Shown in pieces: positions 12,687 through 24,646 of a stretch of DNA of 64,000 nt (position 1 is its first letter; each line of letters opens with the position of its first letter). The stretch spans positions 54,886,922-54,950,921 of the forward strand of contig NC_079163.1 of assembly GCF_947563725.1 (NCBI RefSeq), given 5' to 3'. Below the pieces are notes generated by a model that saw only the letters and a list, made by a program, of their open reading frames with translations, did no database searches and was not told the DNA's origin. The stretch is from Argiope bruennichi (Eukaryota). The position numbers and the translations under genes are program-made.

Positions 12687-14131
12687 GTGAATTTGATAAA
12701 TTTAATTCAATCCATTTAAAGTATTTATCACAAACTGTGAACGGTACTTCAGCCCCTTGCCGTTTTGGGCTTTGATAGGGCCAAGACATGCGTACAGTCC
12801 TTTTAAAATGGACGTTGACAAATTTTTAAATTTTTTGGAGGGCGATTAAAGCATAGAATTATTTAATTAGTGAATCTTTAAAAAATGGAAATAAAAAAAG
12901 GCAATTTAGAAAGTTATACTTTCTCAAACTTATGGATTTACATGTATGCGCGGAATCAAATGCCAAATGTGAAGTAATGGGGTAAGGGATAATTTGTATT
13001 AAAGGAATACTCCGATACAGTTATTTTTTCTATTATGAAATTAAAAAGTCGTTAAAATATTACTTATATGATAAACAAAATAACCGCGCTTGTTATTCAA
13101 AAATTACTACATTGTCGTTTCATAAAGTATTTCAAAGTTGTTCAAAGATTTCTTTCTTCTCAAAATGTGACGTATTTTCAGTAGTATAATATCCAATTAT
13201 GGAATTTTATTAACAGCCAATTTCGAAAAAAAAGAAGTTTGATATCTTTGAAGACCTTTCTTTATGAAAACGTAATTTGGATATCCATTAAATAAATTTG
13301 TCTCATCTAAAAATAGCTCTTCGGTTACTTTAGAGACCCATTATTTCAGAGAAAATATCACCGAACACCGCCCGAATATTTAGAATATCAATTTAGAGAC
13401 TAATAATAATGAGGTAATTATAGAAATGTAGAAAAAAACAAAATCATTAGAAATAAGGAATAGAGGAGTTGAATTAACTTGTTTAATACTCGTAGAAAAG
13501 ATGTTGTTTAAATCGCGTAATTTTACACAATTCAGTCGAATTCAGTAATAGCTTGATGATTTGGATGATACTAAGATTCTGCATTCGGAGGCTTTAGCAT
13601 CGCCAGTTCATTAGGGAAGGAAATAAAAATGATACCGAATAAAAAAATTTACTTGTTCTGCTTTCTTATTTATGCTTATAACATATTTTTCGATTTATTT
13701 GATTTGAAACAAAAATATAAAAGTAATTGGAAAGAAAAGCATATCAGATTAGTTGGGGTAATTGGGAATAAATTTTGCAGAAGTTGTCATTTTTTTAAAA
13801 TTTAAAATTCTATTATGAGATGAAAATATATATATGTTCTTGTAAGTGCCTATTTACGTTCAGTAGGGCTGGCTCTTTAGACAGTGCCATTTTTTCCAAG
13901 TTAATTCATTAATTAGCCATTCTCAATAACAGGAATATTCCTAATTACCCAGGCGTTTTTCTAATTACACAAAAGATTATGAGAAAATTATGAACGTGTT
14001 GCGGTTTCTATCACATTAATGAATATAACATATTTGAAATGAAGAGAAACTGCTGCATATTGCCTCAAAATGTATTTTACTGTCTGTTCCCATAAATCCG
14101 AAAGTACTTTTTAAACTGTTTTGCAGAAAAG

Positions 14132-14138
<7 letters not shown>

Positions 14139-14166
<28 letters not shown>
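14139..14166. repeat. (TA)14 microsatellite
   Basis: Direct reading. Confidence 0.95.
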
Positions 14167-14170
<4 letters not shown>

Positions 14171-15041
14171 TATTAGAATCAAGTTAATAGGAAAAACAAA
14201 AATCAAAAAAATTAAACCAAAAAAATTATAAAAAATATAAAAAAAGAATCCGGCCTGAAGACTTTTTCAAGGGTCACCCTCAGGCAGGGATTCAAAGAAA
14301 GGGATTTTTTCTGTGAGGAAAAACAGACATTGTCTAAAAATGATTCCTCTTGACCCGAAAATCCCCTGAAATTATGCTCAAGAGATATACCATTTTAACA
14401 GAAAGGAAATATAAAACAACAAATAAGAAGAAATTAACCACAACAAAGTAAAAATACAATAACAAAAATAACAATAAAAACAAACAATAGCACAAAATTA
14501 AAAATTAAAAACGAAAAGGCCAGTACATACCATTAACAGTCAAGAAAACTTTAAACTATTGATTGTGATTCCGTTTTTAAAAAACTAGCGGTAAATTATG
14601 TAAACAGATGTAGGCTCCCAGCGCCATCTATTGAGTAATCCAATATGCAAGGAAAGTTCTATTTTTATTTAAGCCAAAGGATTAATCCCAAACCATACCT
14701 TGTTTAATTAAAAAATTGACATTACAGTAATTTCTAGGAAATTCATTTTTAATTAAATTTTTAAGGAGGTTGTTTGATGCTTCAATATAAGAATTTTTAT
14801 TATTGCAAACCCTTTTGATCCTGTTAACTTGTGAGAAAATTAGATTTTTGAAAATTTTAGAGTTTAGATTGGAATGGTAGTTACATAGTTTTGTTATTTT
14901 AAAGCTGAAATCATCCCTTTTATCGTATATACCAACTATTGTTTTATCAGTAGCAATTTCGATTTTTAAATCCAGAAAGGTAGCCTCAAGTTGATTTTTA
15001 TTTGTATCTTTTAGAATTAAATCTTTTGGATAGCAATTAGT

Positions 15042-15045
<4 letters not shown>

Positions 15046-15112
<67 letters not shown>
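15046..15112. repeat. (TA)33 microsatellite
   Basis: Direct reading. It creates the artefactual MIYIYIYIY... start of ORF 14682-15116. Confidence 0.95.
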
Positions 15113-15115
<3 letters not shown>

Positions 15116-15197
15116 TGGAATATGACTAAAGCATTGTTTCATATCATCAATTTGGAGTGATTCAAAATCATTCAATTTTTTATTTTCTCTACACAGC

Positions 15198-15460
15198 CGG
15201 GGACAGCTCAGATTTGAAAATGAGAATCATTCAATATGGTAATTGGTTCTCGCCGCTCTGGAGGGTATAGAAAAGGGGTGGAACGGATATATCCTACTGT
15301 TGATAGAATGTATTTCCTACAGGGGTGGTTGTACCGTGGCCGGTAATGGTCCTTAGGACTCAGCAATACTTCCCACCTACGCTGTCTCTAGAGTTCCGAT
15401 TATTCAAAATTTCCGTGTGCCTTCGGGGATCCGTGCCAGTAACTTAGAATTTCCATTTTT
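15198..15460 (+). mobile_element. Family C SINE-like element, copy 1 (adjacent to copy 2, forming a tandem pair)
   Basis: Conserved core shared by all four copies: GGGGACAGCTCAG...AAGCTTCCGGTATGGTGATTGGTTCTCGCC...GGTTGTACCGTGGCCGGTAATGGTCCTTAGGACTCAGC...TTTCCGTGTGCCTTCGG. The start GGGGACAGCTCAG resembles a tRNA 5' end and A box. Confidence 0.7.
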
Positions 15461-15555
15461 CTCGGGATAAGGCAGAAAATGAGCCCTTATAAAAATAGAA
15501 ATGAGTGAATTTTATAGCACAATAATCATTCTATTTCCAATTTTCTCTAATACAC

Positions 15556-15774
15556 CGGGGGCATTTCAAATTTGAAAATGAGAAGCTTCCGATATGGTAA
15601 TTGGTTCTCGCCGCCATGGTGGTTAAAGAAATAGGGAAATACATCCCGCCAACAGTAGGGACCGGCTATCTCCTACTGTTGGCGGGATGTATTTCCTATA
15701 GGGGTGGTTGTATCGTGGCCGTTAATGGTCCTTAGGATTCAGCTATACTTCCCTCCTATGCTGTCTCTAGAGTT
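15556..15774 (+). mobile_element. Family C SINE-like element, copy 2 (3'-truncated)
   Basis: Reads gggggcatttcaaatttgaaaatgagaagcttccgatatggtaattggttctcgccgcc...ggttgtatcgtggccgttaatggtccttaggattcagc...ctgtctctagagtt. The flanks (gcccttataa[a/g]aa[t/c]agaaatga) also match, so the duplicated unit is larger than the element itself. Confidence 0.7.
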
Positions 15775-16380
15775 GCCCTTATAAGAAACAGAAATGACTG
15801 GATCTCAGAGCACACAAGAAGGAAATATATAAGACTTAGAAACATACATTAAAATCAGTAAAAACTAGTAGCAGTATGTAGAAATTCCATTTCGAATACA
15901 TTGCTTCTAAATTCTTATCGGACAAATACTTCAATCTTATCAAGATTATGTCAAGGGCTAAGAAAAAAAAAAATCATTCCATTTCAAAGTAGAAAGTGTC
16001 TGGAAACTGAAAAAGAATTCTGATACATATGTATGTAGTGACTCCTATACTAAACTTACTTTTGGAAATGTGTGTCAAACCATTATTATTACTTGTATAT
16101 TGGCGAATTTGAAAGTTTTTCATTCTGGTTCATCGGCAAATTGAATTTTTTCTCTGGCCTCTCAAATTTCTTGTTAATATAATGTTAAAACAATGTCTGT
16201 AAGAAGAATTTATTTTGTTTAGTTTAATGACAAGATTACAAACTGTAATGTTTAGATTTCTGAGTTGTTTTCATTAGTTAAACACATCCATACTTTATGT
16301 GCGCAATGATCACGAATAAATAACTTTTTAAGGCTCTTAACTCCTTCGCGTTCGTGAGTACTACTCAGTATATCCAATAC

Positions 16381-16407
<27 letters not shown>
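16381..16407 (+). repeat. A27 homopolymer; possible tail of a retro-insertion
   Basis: Direct reading. ORF 16252-16473(-) is a phenylalanine-run artefact of this tract. Confidence 0.5.
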
Positions 16408-16412
<5 letters not shown>

Positions 16413-16741
16413 AATTTCCTGAATTTCTGAATTTTTTAAAAAGTTTAAGGACTCTAATTATAAATATTCTCATAAAATTATTTAAAAAATGTATAAATAA
16501 ATATTATTTCATCGTCTTTTTAAAAAATTATGCCTTATTTATTCATTGTGTTCTGTTTATTAAAGACTGTTAAATATTATGAATAAATTATTCTTCGCCA
16601 TTTTTGGTTTAAAATTCGTCGCTTTCTCTTTCTGTACTTTTATTTTCTCGTAAGCAAAGTATACAAAGAGAAAGCATTGCTTATCGGTAATATATATATA
16701 TTCTGTAAACTCGAGATTATAACGAATGTCCACCTTTCAGA

Positions 16742-16756
16742 CCCCCCCCCCCCCCG
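16742..16756. repeat. C15 homopolymer immediately upstream of family E copy 1
   Basis: Direct reading: cagacccccccccccccccgatttcg. Confidence 0.9.
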
Positions 16757-16786
16757 ATTTCGAAAATTACATTTTCTGAATTATTT

Positions 16787-17232
16787 CTGTCTATCTGTTT
16801 GTGAACATGATAAATCAAAAATATTTTAAGCTAGATGGATGGGATTTGGTATATGGTCTTTACACCAAATTGGTAGGTACATTTCAATCAAATTTTAAAC
16901 AAAATCCATTCACATGACTTATGTCTGTCCGGTTGTCCAAGAACTGGTAAACGCTACAACTAAAAAAAAAGTAAAGAACTAGACAGATAAAATTTGGTAT
17001 ATAGATCTAGCATCCAAACTACGGATATCTATTATATTTGGAACTAAATCTTTTGAAGGTTTGACTGTCTGTCGGTCTGTATTTAACAAAAGCATTAAAC
17101 GTGATAGCTCAAAAACGCATTGCCTTAAATATATGAAACTTTGTATGTGATTTTGTTATTACAATTGTAATGCTATATCAAATTTTGGTTTCAATCAGTC
17201 GTAAAAAAAGACACCCAAAATACATATTATGT
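16787..17232 (+). repeat. Interspersed repeat family E, copy 1 (composite of two related sub-units, about 16787-17040 and 17050-17232)
   Basis: Sub-unit 2 (...aaaagcattaaacgtgatagctcaaaaacgcattgccttaaatatatgaaactttgtatgtgattttgttattacaattgtaatgctatatcaaattttggtttcaatcagtcgtaaaaaaagacacccaaaatacatatta) matches 40842-40985 and 53395-53540. Sub-unit 1 (...tatgtctgtccggttgtccaagaactggtaaacgctacaactaaaaaaaaagtaaagaactagacagataaaatttggtatatagatctagcatcc) matches 53230-53330. Confidence 0.7.
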
Positions 17233-17535
17233 TTTCATGTACTTATGTATCAATAGCGTACCAGCGATTACTTGCCAAAACCAGTCGCCAGAGATTGCAC
17301 CCTAACATGCTTTTTCGTAATTGAAATTCGCTAATGGCAAGCGGCTATTAATACATAAGCACATTTAATAGAAAGTTTCTTGTAGATTACTACCATTCGG
17401 TAGAAGTTCTCTCAAATTTTTGAAGCTTCCAAGTAGTCACCTTCCGCATCCCGGTTCATTACTCTGTAATGCTATTTCTACATTATTTGCTTACAAAAAC
17501 ATAATTTCTTTAGATATATCCAAGACCATTCCTAA

Positions 17536-17822
17536 TGTTTAGTTTAGTAATATTAAAATCCCGTTTTAAAGCAACACTAAGGCTATTTTGGCACAGACCT
17601 CGCAATTTTGAACCACGGTCAGAAAGTGAGGGCGAAACCTGAGATGGCACCTCCCCACTCCAAACTTCCACACCACACCAGCTGGAGGACATTTGGCCCC
17701 GACGGATTTAACGTGTTCCAGACCCGCTTACACGACGGTTCTTTGATGAAACCTGAAACCTCCACCCCCTACCCCCACCCCGCTTCCGAAATCGAGACTT
17801 TAGGGCCCGCGAACTGATAAAC
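17536..17822 (-). mobile_element. SINE-A family copy (tRNA-derived; minus orientation; head partly degenerate)
   Basis: Homologous over about 280 bp to the full copy at 31222-31500. Shared + strand blocks include cccgttttaaagcaacactaaggctattttggcacagacctcgcaattttgaaccacggtcag...gatttaacgtg...cgacggttctt. ORFs 17510-17692(-) and 17608-17817(+) lie inside it and are spurious. Confidence 0.75.
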
Positions 17823-18138
17823 CCGTAAATATATGCAAATTTTATCTACCTTTATTTATTATATCAAAATAAATAAATCGAAAAAGAAAAGAAAAGTTTT
17901 TAAATATTCGGATGCTAAATAAATTTTTTTTTCTTTTCGTTGGAATGCCGTAGACATAATAATAAAGAAGGGAAATTAAATGTGAGTTGAATTTCAAAAC
18001 AGTATTATTTTTAAGGCATCAAGATAATTATTTGTTGTCCTTTATAACAGTTTTTATAGTCTGAAATAATGAGAATCAATTCTTTTCTATAAAATCGTTT
18101 AAATGATAACAAAATTTTTGATTTTAACCGGGAAATTA

Positions 18139-18236
18139 TCTATTTTTTGCATTTGATATACATTATTATTTATTTTTTGCATTTGATATACATTATTATT
18201 TATTTTTTGCATTTGATATACATTATTAATTTCTTT
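18139..18236. repeat. Minisatellite, three copies of the 31-bp unit ttattttttgcatttgatatacattattat
   Basis: Direct reading. Confidence 0.9.
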
Positions 18237-18277
18237 TTCTAATGCATTTTTTATGCATTTTTCTAATGTGTGTGTTT

Positions 18278-18288
18278 GGGGGGGGGGG
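18278..18288. repeat. G11 homopolymer
   Basis: tgtgtgtttgggggggggggcaattattg read directly. Confidence 0.9.
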
Positions 18289-20058
18289 CAATTATTGAAA
18301 TGGAATTTTCACTCACTTTTAGATGTGGTAGAGTTTTGAAAACTGCACACTCCTTTGTATTTTCTATAATTACAAACATGTGACAGTTTTAATTTTTTTT
18401 CATAATCAACTCATGAATTGATAGATCAGTTTACTTAAATTTCAATTCCATGTGAGTGATACCGTTTGAGAATGAATTTGAGAAAAAAGATTATTTGTCT
18501 TAATTTCTTTTTAATAATAATTAATGACTACAAGTAAAAAATAAATAAAATAAAAATATCTATTTCTTAGTTAAGTAATAAATGCGCTTTTAAAAAGTGT
18601 TTTTATCAATTAATTTATTTTATTTTCTGTGTGAAATTTGGCTGGCAACCAGATACTACTGTACATTCTATTTTCAATTGGACCTCACATCTCTTAAGAC
18701 CGACCATGGATATATAACTAACTATACGTGCTAGATAGTTCAGCATCTGAAGATTTTAAGATTTTGGATAGTTCCATCATAATAAATATAAATCAATAAA
18801 ATAGGATTAAAAATCAATGAAACATTAATAAAATATTTATATTCTTATACGTTATTGCATTTTAAAATTTTTTAACAATGATCTAATCCATTATTCTTGA
18901 ATTTTGTAATTTATATTCATGATTTGGAGTTCACCCAACGCTTCATTTGCCAGTTTTACTCTTTAATTACACTTGTTCGGTAATTGCGAATGAAATTCTT
19001 GGCTGCTTTTAAGAAGTTATAAAGTATATAATGCAATTTTAACAAATAATCATTAACTATATTAACGCATAGATTTTTCCTCATATTTTTTGATGCTCTT
19101 TGTTAGCGACGTGAGTTCAAAACGTAAAAATTCTCCAGCTATAATATCTGGGCTTTAATTACTTGATAGATGAATTTAAAATGCTACCTAGTTTGTTATT
19201 TAGAAGATCTTTAGGAAATATTTTTTATGAATTCCATATGACTAAAATTATAAGTTTAAAATTAGTATAATTCGATGCATCGGTCAAAACATATCAATGA
19301 CTTAAAAGACACAGATTATTAACAGAAAACTTATGTAACAGTTTTGTTCTTCTCTTATGTTAAAGGTCATTTTATTCCTCAAAATGCAATAATAATCTTA
19401 ATGAACAGTGACAACTTATTTAGATTTTTCATGGAAACTATTCAGGTGTAAATAATGGTTAAGTATAGGATAAAGTTTACTAACAACATTAGGACTAACA
19501 TTGTTTCAGCATCTAGAGAACTAAATAAAACAGAATGAAATAAAAAAAACTTCTATCCGAATATTTCGAAACAGTTAATGATTGTTATGTAGCTTTTGCG
19601 ACCTAAACTTCTTTTTTTCCTTGAAATGAACCTGTGGCCTAGCGGCAATCTATTAGCTTCCAGGTTGGAGAATATTTTATTCAAGGCGACAATCCAGCGT
19701 GTGTACGGAATTAGGGCGATATAGTTAGTTTGAAGAGGAAGAGTACTAGGTTTAATATCGTCCTTATTGTTTTTGTTTCACCCTGTGGAAAACTGCGATG
19801 TCCGTTTGATATACGTCCGTTTCATTTAAAACTAATGTAGTTTCGAGATGGAACCTTTATTTAATCAAATCAACCTTTTTTTTATGGTACAGAAATTACA
19901 ATTTGAAGGCTAACTCTTCCATCTATACCAACATCTTTGAGTCAAGTGTCAAATTTCAGAATTTTTTATTTTTAAGTTCATTATATAAAATCAAAGCAGA
20001 AATGAATTAAAAAGACAAAAATCCCTTGGCACACATAAATTTTTCATGCATCCATTGA

Positions 20059-20310
20059 GAGGCAGCTCAGAAATGAGGATAAGCTTCCGGTATGGTGATT
20101 GGTTCACACCACCTTGGTGGATACAGAAATGGTGGGAGTTGGCTACTTCCTATTGATGACGGGACGTGTTTCCGACGGGAAAGGTTATACCGTGACAGGT
20201 GATGGCCTTTAGGAGTCAACCATTGTGTTACCTGCAGGTGTTGCTATCGAGGCGGTATGGTCAATCAGATTTATCTGTGTGCCTTAGTGGCGGGTCGGAG
20301 AAGCCGGTTA
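20059..20310 (+). mobile_element. Family C SINE-like element, copy 3
   Basis: Reads gaggcagctcagaaatgaggataagcttccggtatggtgattggttcacaccacc...ggttataccgtgacaggtgatggcctttaggagtcaacc...tgtgtgccttagtggcgggtcgg, aligning with copies 1, 2 and 4. Confidence 0.7.
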
Positions 20311-20756
20311 AGGTTTCATGCATCAAAGATGAAGAAAACTGACAAGTTCACAGCAGATACGAGAGTAGTAAATGAATCAATAAATATTTCAATAAAAATA
20401 TAATAAATATCTTATGTAGTAAATACATATCTCAAACATGTTCTTATATGAATAAAATTGATATATGTCATCTAATCAGGCGGTTAAATGAATTCGTAAG
20501 TCAATTCGTTCTTTTTTCAACTGCGATTCGTACCCAAACTAAGCAATATAAGCCAAATAAGAAATATTTCTTTCTCCTTACTATACAAAACAATTTAGTT
20601 AATCAAATTTTTTATAGACAGAAATTATAATTTCACTCCTGATAGGAATATTTTAAAATAAACTCATAGATTATTTTTAAGTAATGGGATTGTTATGTTA
20701 ATCAGTTGCTTCATTTGTCTAATATCGTGGTAGACAAAATTAGGTTTTACTGCATA

Positions 20757-20767
20757 CCCCCCCCCCC
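20757..20767. repeat. C11 homopolymer
   Basis: ctgcatacccccccccccgaaagaac read directly. Confidence 0.9.
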
Positions 20768-22878
20768 GAAAGAACTTATCCAATCCATGATACTACAGAG
20801 ACATTCTTATTTAATTTTTTAATGGAATAGAAAGATAAATTATACTATAAAGTCTCATATAATTCAGTTTCCATGATGTTAATTCCAAAGCAAACAAAGG
20901 ACAACTGAATTTTGTAAAAATACTTTCACTTGTAAATTGCATCAAACTATTGAAAAAATTAAACATTATTAGTAATATATTATTAACTTTATTGATATCT
21001 GATAAAAGCTCCATTTTCAATATAAGATTAAAAATGTATGTCAAAATATTGACATTCATGTTTTAGATTTTAAAACGATGAGAATATAATCTTATTTAAT
21101 ATCGATAATCATCTGAAATATCTAAAATCTGAATCATCTAAAATAAATATATTTTCATTTATCTTAAAATAAATTTTTAGAAATTAAATTCGTTTCTTTT
21201 TTCTTCTTCCTTTTTACGTCGGTTGTTTAATCAAGCCGAATGGAATTGTATAAACAATTTATCTTGATTGAAAAGACGAGTAAATAATTTATTTTCTCTT
21301 TTCTGAAGAAACTTTTTCATTTCATTTTATTTACGTCACGTTTAAATAATTTCAGGTCTGCAAAAAGTTTGAAATTCCTTTACAAATGTAAAAATATGCT
21401 TTAAAAATAAAAATTATATTTTAATATGCTTTATAAATAGCTATTATATTGCTATATATGCTATTATATTACTTCAAAGTATCCCTTTTCAAATTCCGAC
21501 TAATATATGATTTTTTTTCGGAAATTTAAGCATTTCATTGCATTTAAAAATACTTTTGAATCCACTTCTATGGTTGATCCGGCTCTTTATTCTTCGTGGT
21601 AATTGGTTGATTACAATTTAAATTAGATTCAATTATTTAATTTCTTTTAGCTGCACTACTGAATTTAGATATTTCACGAGAAATAAAACAATCATAATTA
21701 AAGCACAGATAAGATAGTAATTCCAACCCACAGAATATCTTAAATAAATATAAGTCAACATTCGTTTTAATTCCTGGATAAAAAAAAAAATACTTTCTAA
21801 TTTATAAAACAGAAATTTGTAACTATATTTGATTGTCATTTATAAATTGTGCAGTTTTAATAACCCTTATTTGAAATACTTATGTTTAAGGAAATCCAGA
21901 GTTTTTAAACTATAGGATTAATGCTTAAATGTATTTAAAAATTTCTAAATATGCATTATTTGCGCATGATCATTAAACCTAAGATTTCTTCCTAAGACAT
22001 TAAAATCATTTATATTTTATTGTCTTAGGAAGAAAGACATTAAAATATAAATGATTCGTTAAAAATTGCAATAAAAATCCCAGCAACATAAGTGTTCTTT
22101 CTGCCAGTTCAAAATTCTTAATATTCTTCAACTTTTAAATCAACTGATTAAATACATTTATTTTTTATAAGAAAGGAAATCTCGCTTTATATAAAAATTA
22201 TTTGATCTGAAATTAAGCAATGGCGATTTTATTAATATAATTAAAACTCTTTTTTTCACGTGATCTATAGAAACAATTAGAAATAATATATAGTCCATCA
22301 ACAAGTAGGCTTGACAAGATGTTTCCAATCGGCAATAGAAATTTTGCAGGTGTTTTTTTTTAATTTTTTTTTTAATATTTCAAAAACTATTGCTGGTATG
22401 CAAGTAACTTTTGGGATTCCGATATTTAAGCGATCTCTCGTAGGCAATATTGCTTAACTGAATTTCTGCTTGAAGCTGATAAATTCTTATATATGCCACT
22501 TGAAGGCTTTAAAGTAGGTAGTTTGTGTTAGATGATAATTTTTAAAATTATTTTTAATAGTAAGTTTAAAAATTAAGTAAGTAGATTTTTATTATATTGT
22601 ATATATTTTGATGGTCTAATGTTTTTACACAAGCCGCTGCAGTGTTTTTTGTAAAATTGTTTTATTTTTTATAAAAGTATCATATCTTGTTAATAGTTTC
22701 AGCAAAATTTCAATCTTATATTTTTAGATTGTCAGGAAAGTCTCAGATGATCATTGGTTTAATTGAAAAGTAATTTTTTCCAATTATGTAGTTTATTCAA
22801 TAATTTATGCATGATTTTATTAGGTAAGTATCTTCTGCCATGTTTTGCGAAGTCTCACTATCTCACTTTCATAGAAAC

Positions 22879-23066
22879 ACTGCTCAAAGTTTCTGCTAAA
22901 ACTCTGTTCAATACTGCTCAAGGTTTCTGCTAAAACTCTGTTCAAAACTGCTCAAGGTTTCTGCTAAAGCTCTGTTCAACACTGCTCAAGGTTTCTTCTA
23001 AAACTCTGTTCAACACGCTACTCAAGGTTTCTGCTAAAACTCTGTTCGACATTACTCAAGGGATTG
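22879..23066. repeat. Minisatellite, about five copies of a 36-37-bp unit (ctgctcaaggtttctgctaaaactctgttcaacact)
   Basis: Direct reading of the consecutive near-identical units. Confidence 0.9.
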
Positions 23067-24088
23067 TCTGTAGTTCTCCTAACAATTCAAAAAAAAAAAA
23101 ATTTTTTTTTCCCGTCAGCGAATTTTGAAAAGAAGGGAACAAATAGTATACTGTTAGTGCCGAGTGTGGAAATATACATGGAGGTAGTATCAAGACTTTT
23201 TTGACAACTCCGACAACATTTACTGAATGATTATAGAGCAATAGAACAAATTCGTTGAGTTATTTTTCAAAAAAGAAAATTAAGTTTCTTTTGCAGTTTG
23301 TAGGTTGTTTCATTCACACGAAACAAAGGACCATCTTACAGTCCCATATCCGTGACCGTGGTTTCCAGTACCCGAGACCATGGTCATGAGTATGGGGGTA
23401 TGAGATGGCATTCTGTTCTTCACACTTGTTTTCCTAGCTCCGATTCCTAGAATGATAATTCTGTTTTATTGTTAAGAAAAGACAATGAAACCACAAAAAC
23501 GTGATTGCAAACTTTATTTTACCAATTTGAAACTAAATACAGTTTTTTCAATCACGTTATAATTCATAAATAATATTTACACTAATTTTTCTAAACAGAA
23601 ATAGGAATCACGTTCTCAAAATGAAAACAATAACAGATGATACTTTTGTACGACGTCTCGAAGCAGTCTCGTGAGCATGAAAAACTGAGATGGGGTTATG
23701 AAGAATTCGGCGACATGCACTGGAATAAAATTGAAGCCTTTGAAGGAAATGAACGCACTCAATACAGAGAAACGTAAGACAAGTAAATGAGAGTTCCTGG
23801 TTTCACTAAAACATCCTTTCCATTCGGTAAGCAAAAACCGTCGTACACGATCTGAAAGACAACAATAACAAAAAGTAGTTTAATACTTCAGAATAAATAG
23901 TATCATAGACATTACCTCAAGTAGAAAGATTCATTATTGTATTTACATATTTATTTGACTTCTCTTGTTTCACATTTAAAAAGATGGAAATTTGTCACCA
24001 ATTTGTTTCCCTCATTTCCTAATGCGCCGAAGTGTTTTCTTTTTGTGTACTTCGTGTTTTCGATGAAAATACACTATATATATATATA

Positions 24089-24611
24089 TAAGCATTATTT
24101 TATGTGAAGCAGAATGCAGTTTCGAAGACAGTGAAGAAACTTTCGATTTCGTGACGTCGTTTTATTTCATCTTAAAGTAGCACGCATTATTTACAGCAGA
24201 AGCGACGAGCAACACACAACACAGAACGACATAGAAAAGAATGAGGAAAAAGCACTTGAACATTTTATCCCTGGTCTTATATAACCTTAGATTTTGATAG
24301 GGAAAATATTTCTTGATAGTGCTAATATATAATGAGATTTCGATAGTGATTGTCGCTACACGCGCCGCCAAGGCAGGGGAAACACAGGGAGGTTTTAAAA
24401 AAGAATTCGTCTCGTCAGCGGTATTTTGTCCCTTCACGCGGAGTGTGGGAAAGTTAGGCTTTTAGCCGATTCAGAAATTTTACAAAGCTCTCTTGAATAA
24501 ATTACGTAGATAAAGTGGAATTGGATCACGAAATAAGAGAATATTTTAGAATGAAGTTACTATGAGCAAAATTAAGATAAAATCTCGGAAATTAATTAAA
24601 TTGAAATTAAA

Positions 24612-24616
<5 letters not shown>
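24089..24616 (+). repeat. Interspersed repeat family D, copy 2
   Basis: Homologous to 5587-6118. It is bounded by (TA)n tracts on both sides (24075-24090 and 24617-24644). ORF 24162-24437(-) lies inside it and is spurious. Confidence 0.8.

Positions 24617-24646
<30 letters not shown>

Noticed and set aside
14682-15116. 144-aa ORF on the minus strand (MIYIYIYIY...ITNCYPKDLILKD...)
   Set aside because: The N-terminus is a translated (TA)33 microsatellite. The rest is Lys/Asn/Ile/Phe-rich, as expected from random AT-rich DNA, with no domain signature and no splice-site support.
17510-17817. Overlapping ORFs 17510-17692(-) and 17608-17817(+), and their look-alikes 31152-31352(-), 31256-31471(+) and 51480-51737(+)
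   Set aside because: All lie inside SINE-A copies. The similar peptides (…SSSDRGSKLRG…, …GPDGFNV…) arise because the same repeat is translated, so they are not genes.
19621-19700. tRNA-like string CCTGTGGCCTAGCGGCAATCTATTAGCTTCCAGGTTGGAGAA as a tRNA gene or SINE head
   Set aside because: The A box is only approximate and there is no acceptable B box or acceptor-stem pairing. No second copy in the window supports it.
24162-24437. ORF 24162-24437(-)
   Set aside because: Inside family D copy 2. The homologous region of copy 1 is not open.
5587-24616. Family D copies as LTRs of an 19-kb LTR retrotransposon
   Set aside because: No gag, pol or integrase-like open frame or remnant is visible between them. 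TG..CA termini are seen on only one copy and may be created by the flanking microsatellites. Divergence between copies is high. The idea is kept as a low-probability alternative in the findings.
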